DNA of 64,000 nt from Eledone cirrhosa. Its lineage: Eukaryota. The notes under the pieces were generated by a model. That model did no database searches and was not told the origin of the DNA. It saw only the letters and a list, made by a program, of their open reading frames with translations. The stretch is taken from positions 8,246,001-8,310,000 of the forward strand of contig OZ024762.1 of the NCBI GenBank assembly GCA_964016885.1, written 5' to 3'. Positions 63,691-64,000 of this stretch are shown piece after piece (position 1 is the first letter of the stretch; the number at the start of each line of letters is the position of its first letter). A program made the position numbers and the translations under genes.

Positions 63691-64000
63691 TGTTAAGATT
63701 TTGTTCTCAAAATAAATAATATAAAAATACAATAGTAAATATGGAGTAATGTCAATGCTAAAGGGTTAAAAGATTTTCTATTTAACCTTTTTTTAAAACA
63801 ACCCAACAAAATCTGGCTTTGTTTTCATGAAAATAAACCAACCAATTTTAAATGGTTCCTGTTTAACCCTTTAGTATTTACATTACTCAATATTTACTAT
63901 CATATTTTCATGGTAAAGGCTTTATTTCACATACATCTTAGGTATGTTATCTTTGGTGACAATTCAGTTGGCTTTCTCGCCCACTTTACTGTAATATTTA

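Overview
This is AT-rich, repeat-dense eukaryotic DNA, most likely from a coleoid cephalopod such as Octopus. That assignment is an inference from the tRNA-derived SINE types, the RTE/CR1/Penelope relics and the extreme microsatellite load. Two spliced protein-coding genes lie on the minus strand. One is a complete 12-exon epsilon-tubulin (TUBE1; CDS 37410->20536, 1455 nt, 484 aa, all GT-AG and phase-consistent), with a compact ETS-CRE/YY1/RFX-like promoter near 37630-37730. The other is the last six coding exons of an AGPAT5-like acyltransferase (63232->54415), whose 5' exons lie beyond the window. The rest is SINEs, TTAA piggyBac-type MITEs, hAT and Tc1/mariner MITEs, LINE relics, minisatellites and one 200-N gap. 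Almost every long ORF in the supplied track is a simple-repeat artefact. The most striking signal is a dispersed set of about a dozen hammerhead-ribozyme-like motifs (CTGANGA...GAAA...TH with pairable stems and tiny, often palindromic stem III). They sit in short elements inserted into (TA)n, some as foldbacks or tandem pairs. One family has a recurrent non-canonical C(G/A)GAAGA core and is linked to a Penelope GIY-YIG relic.
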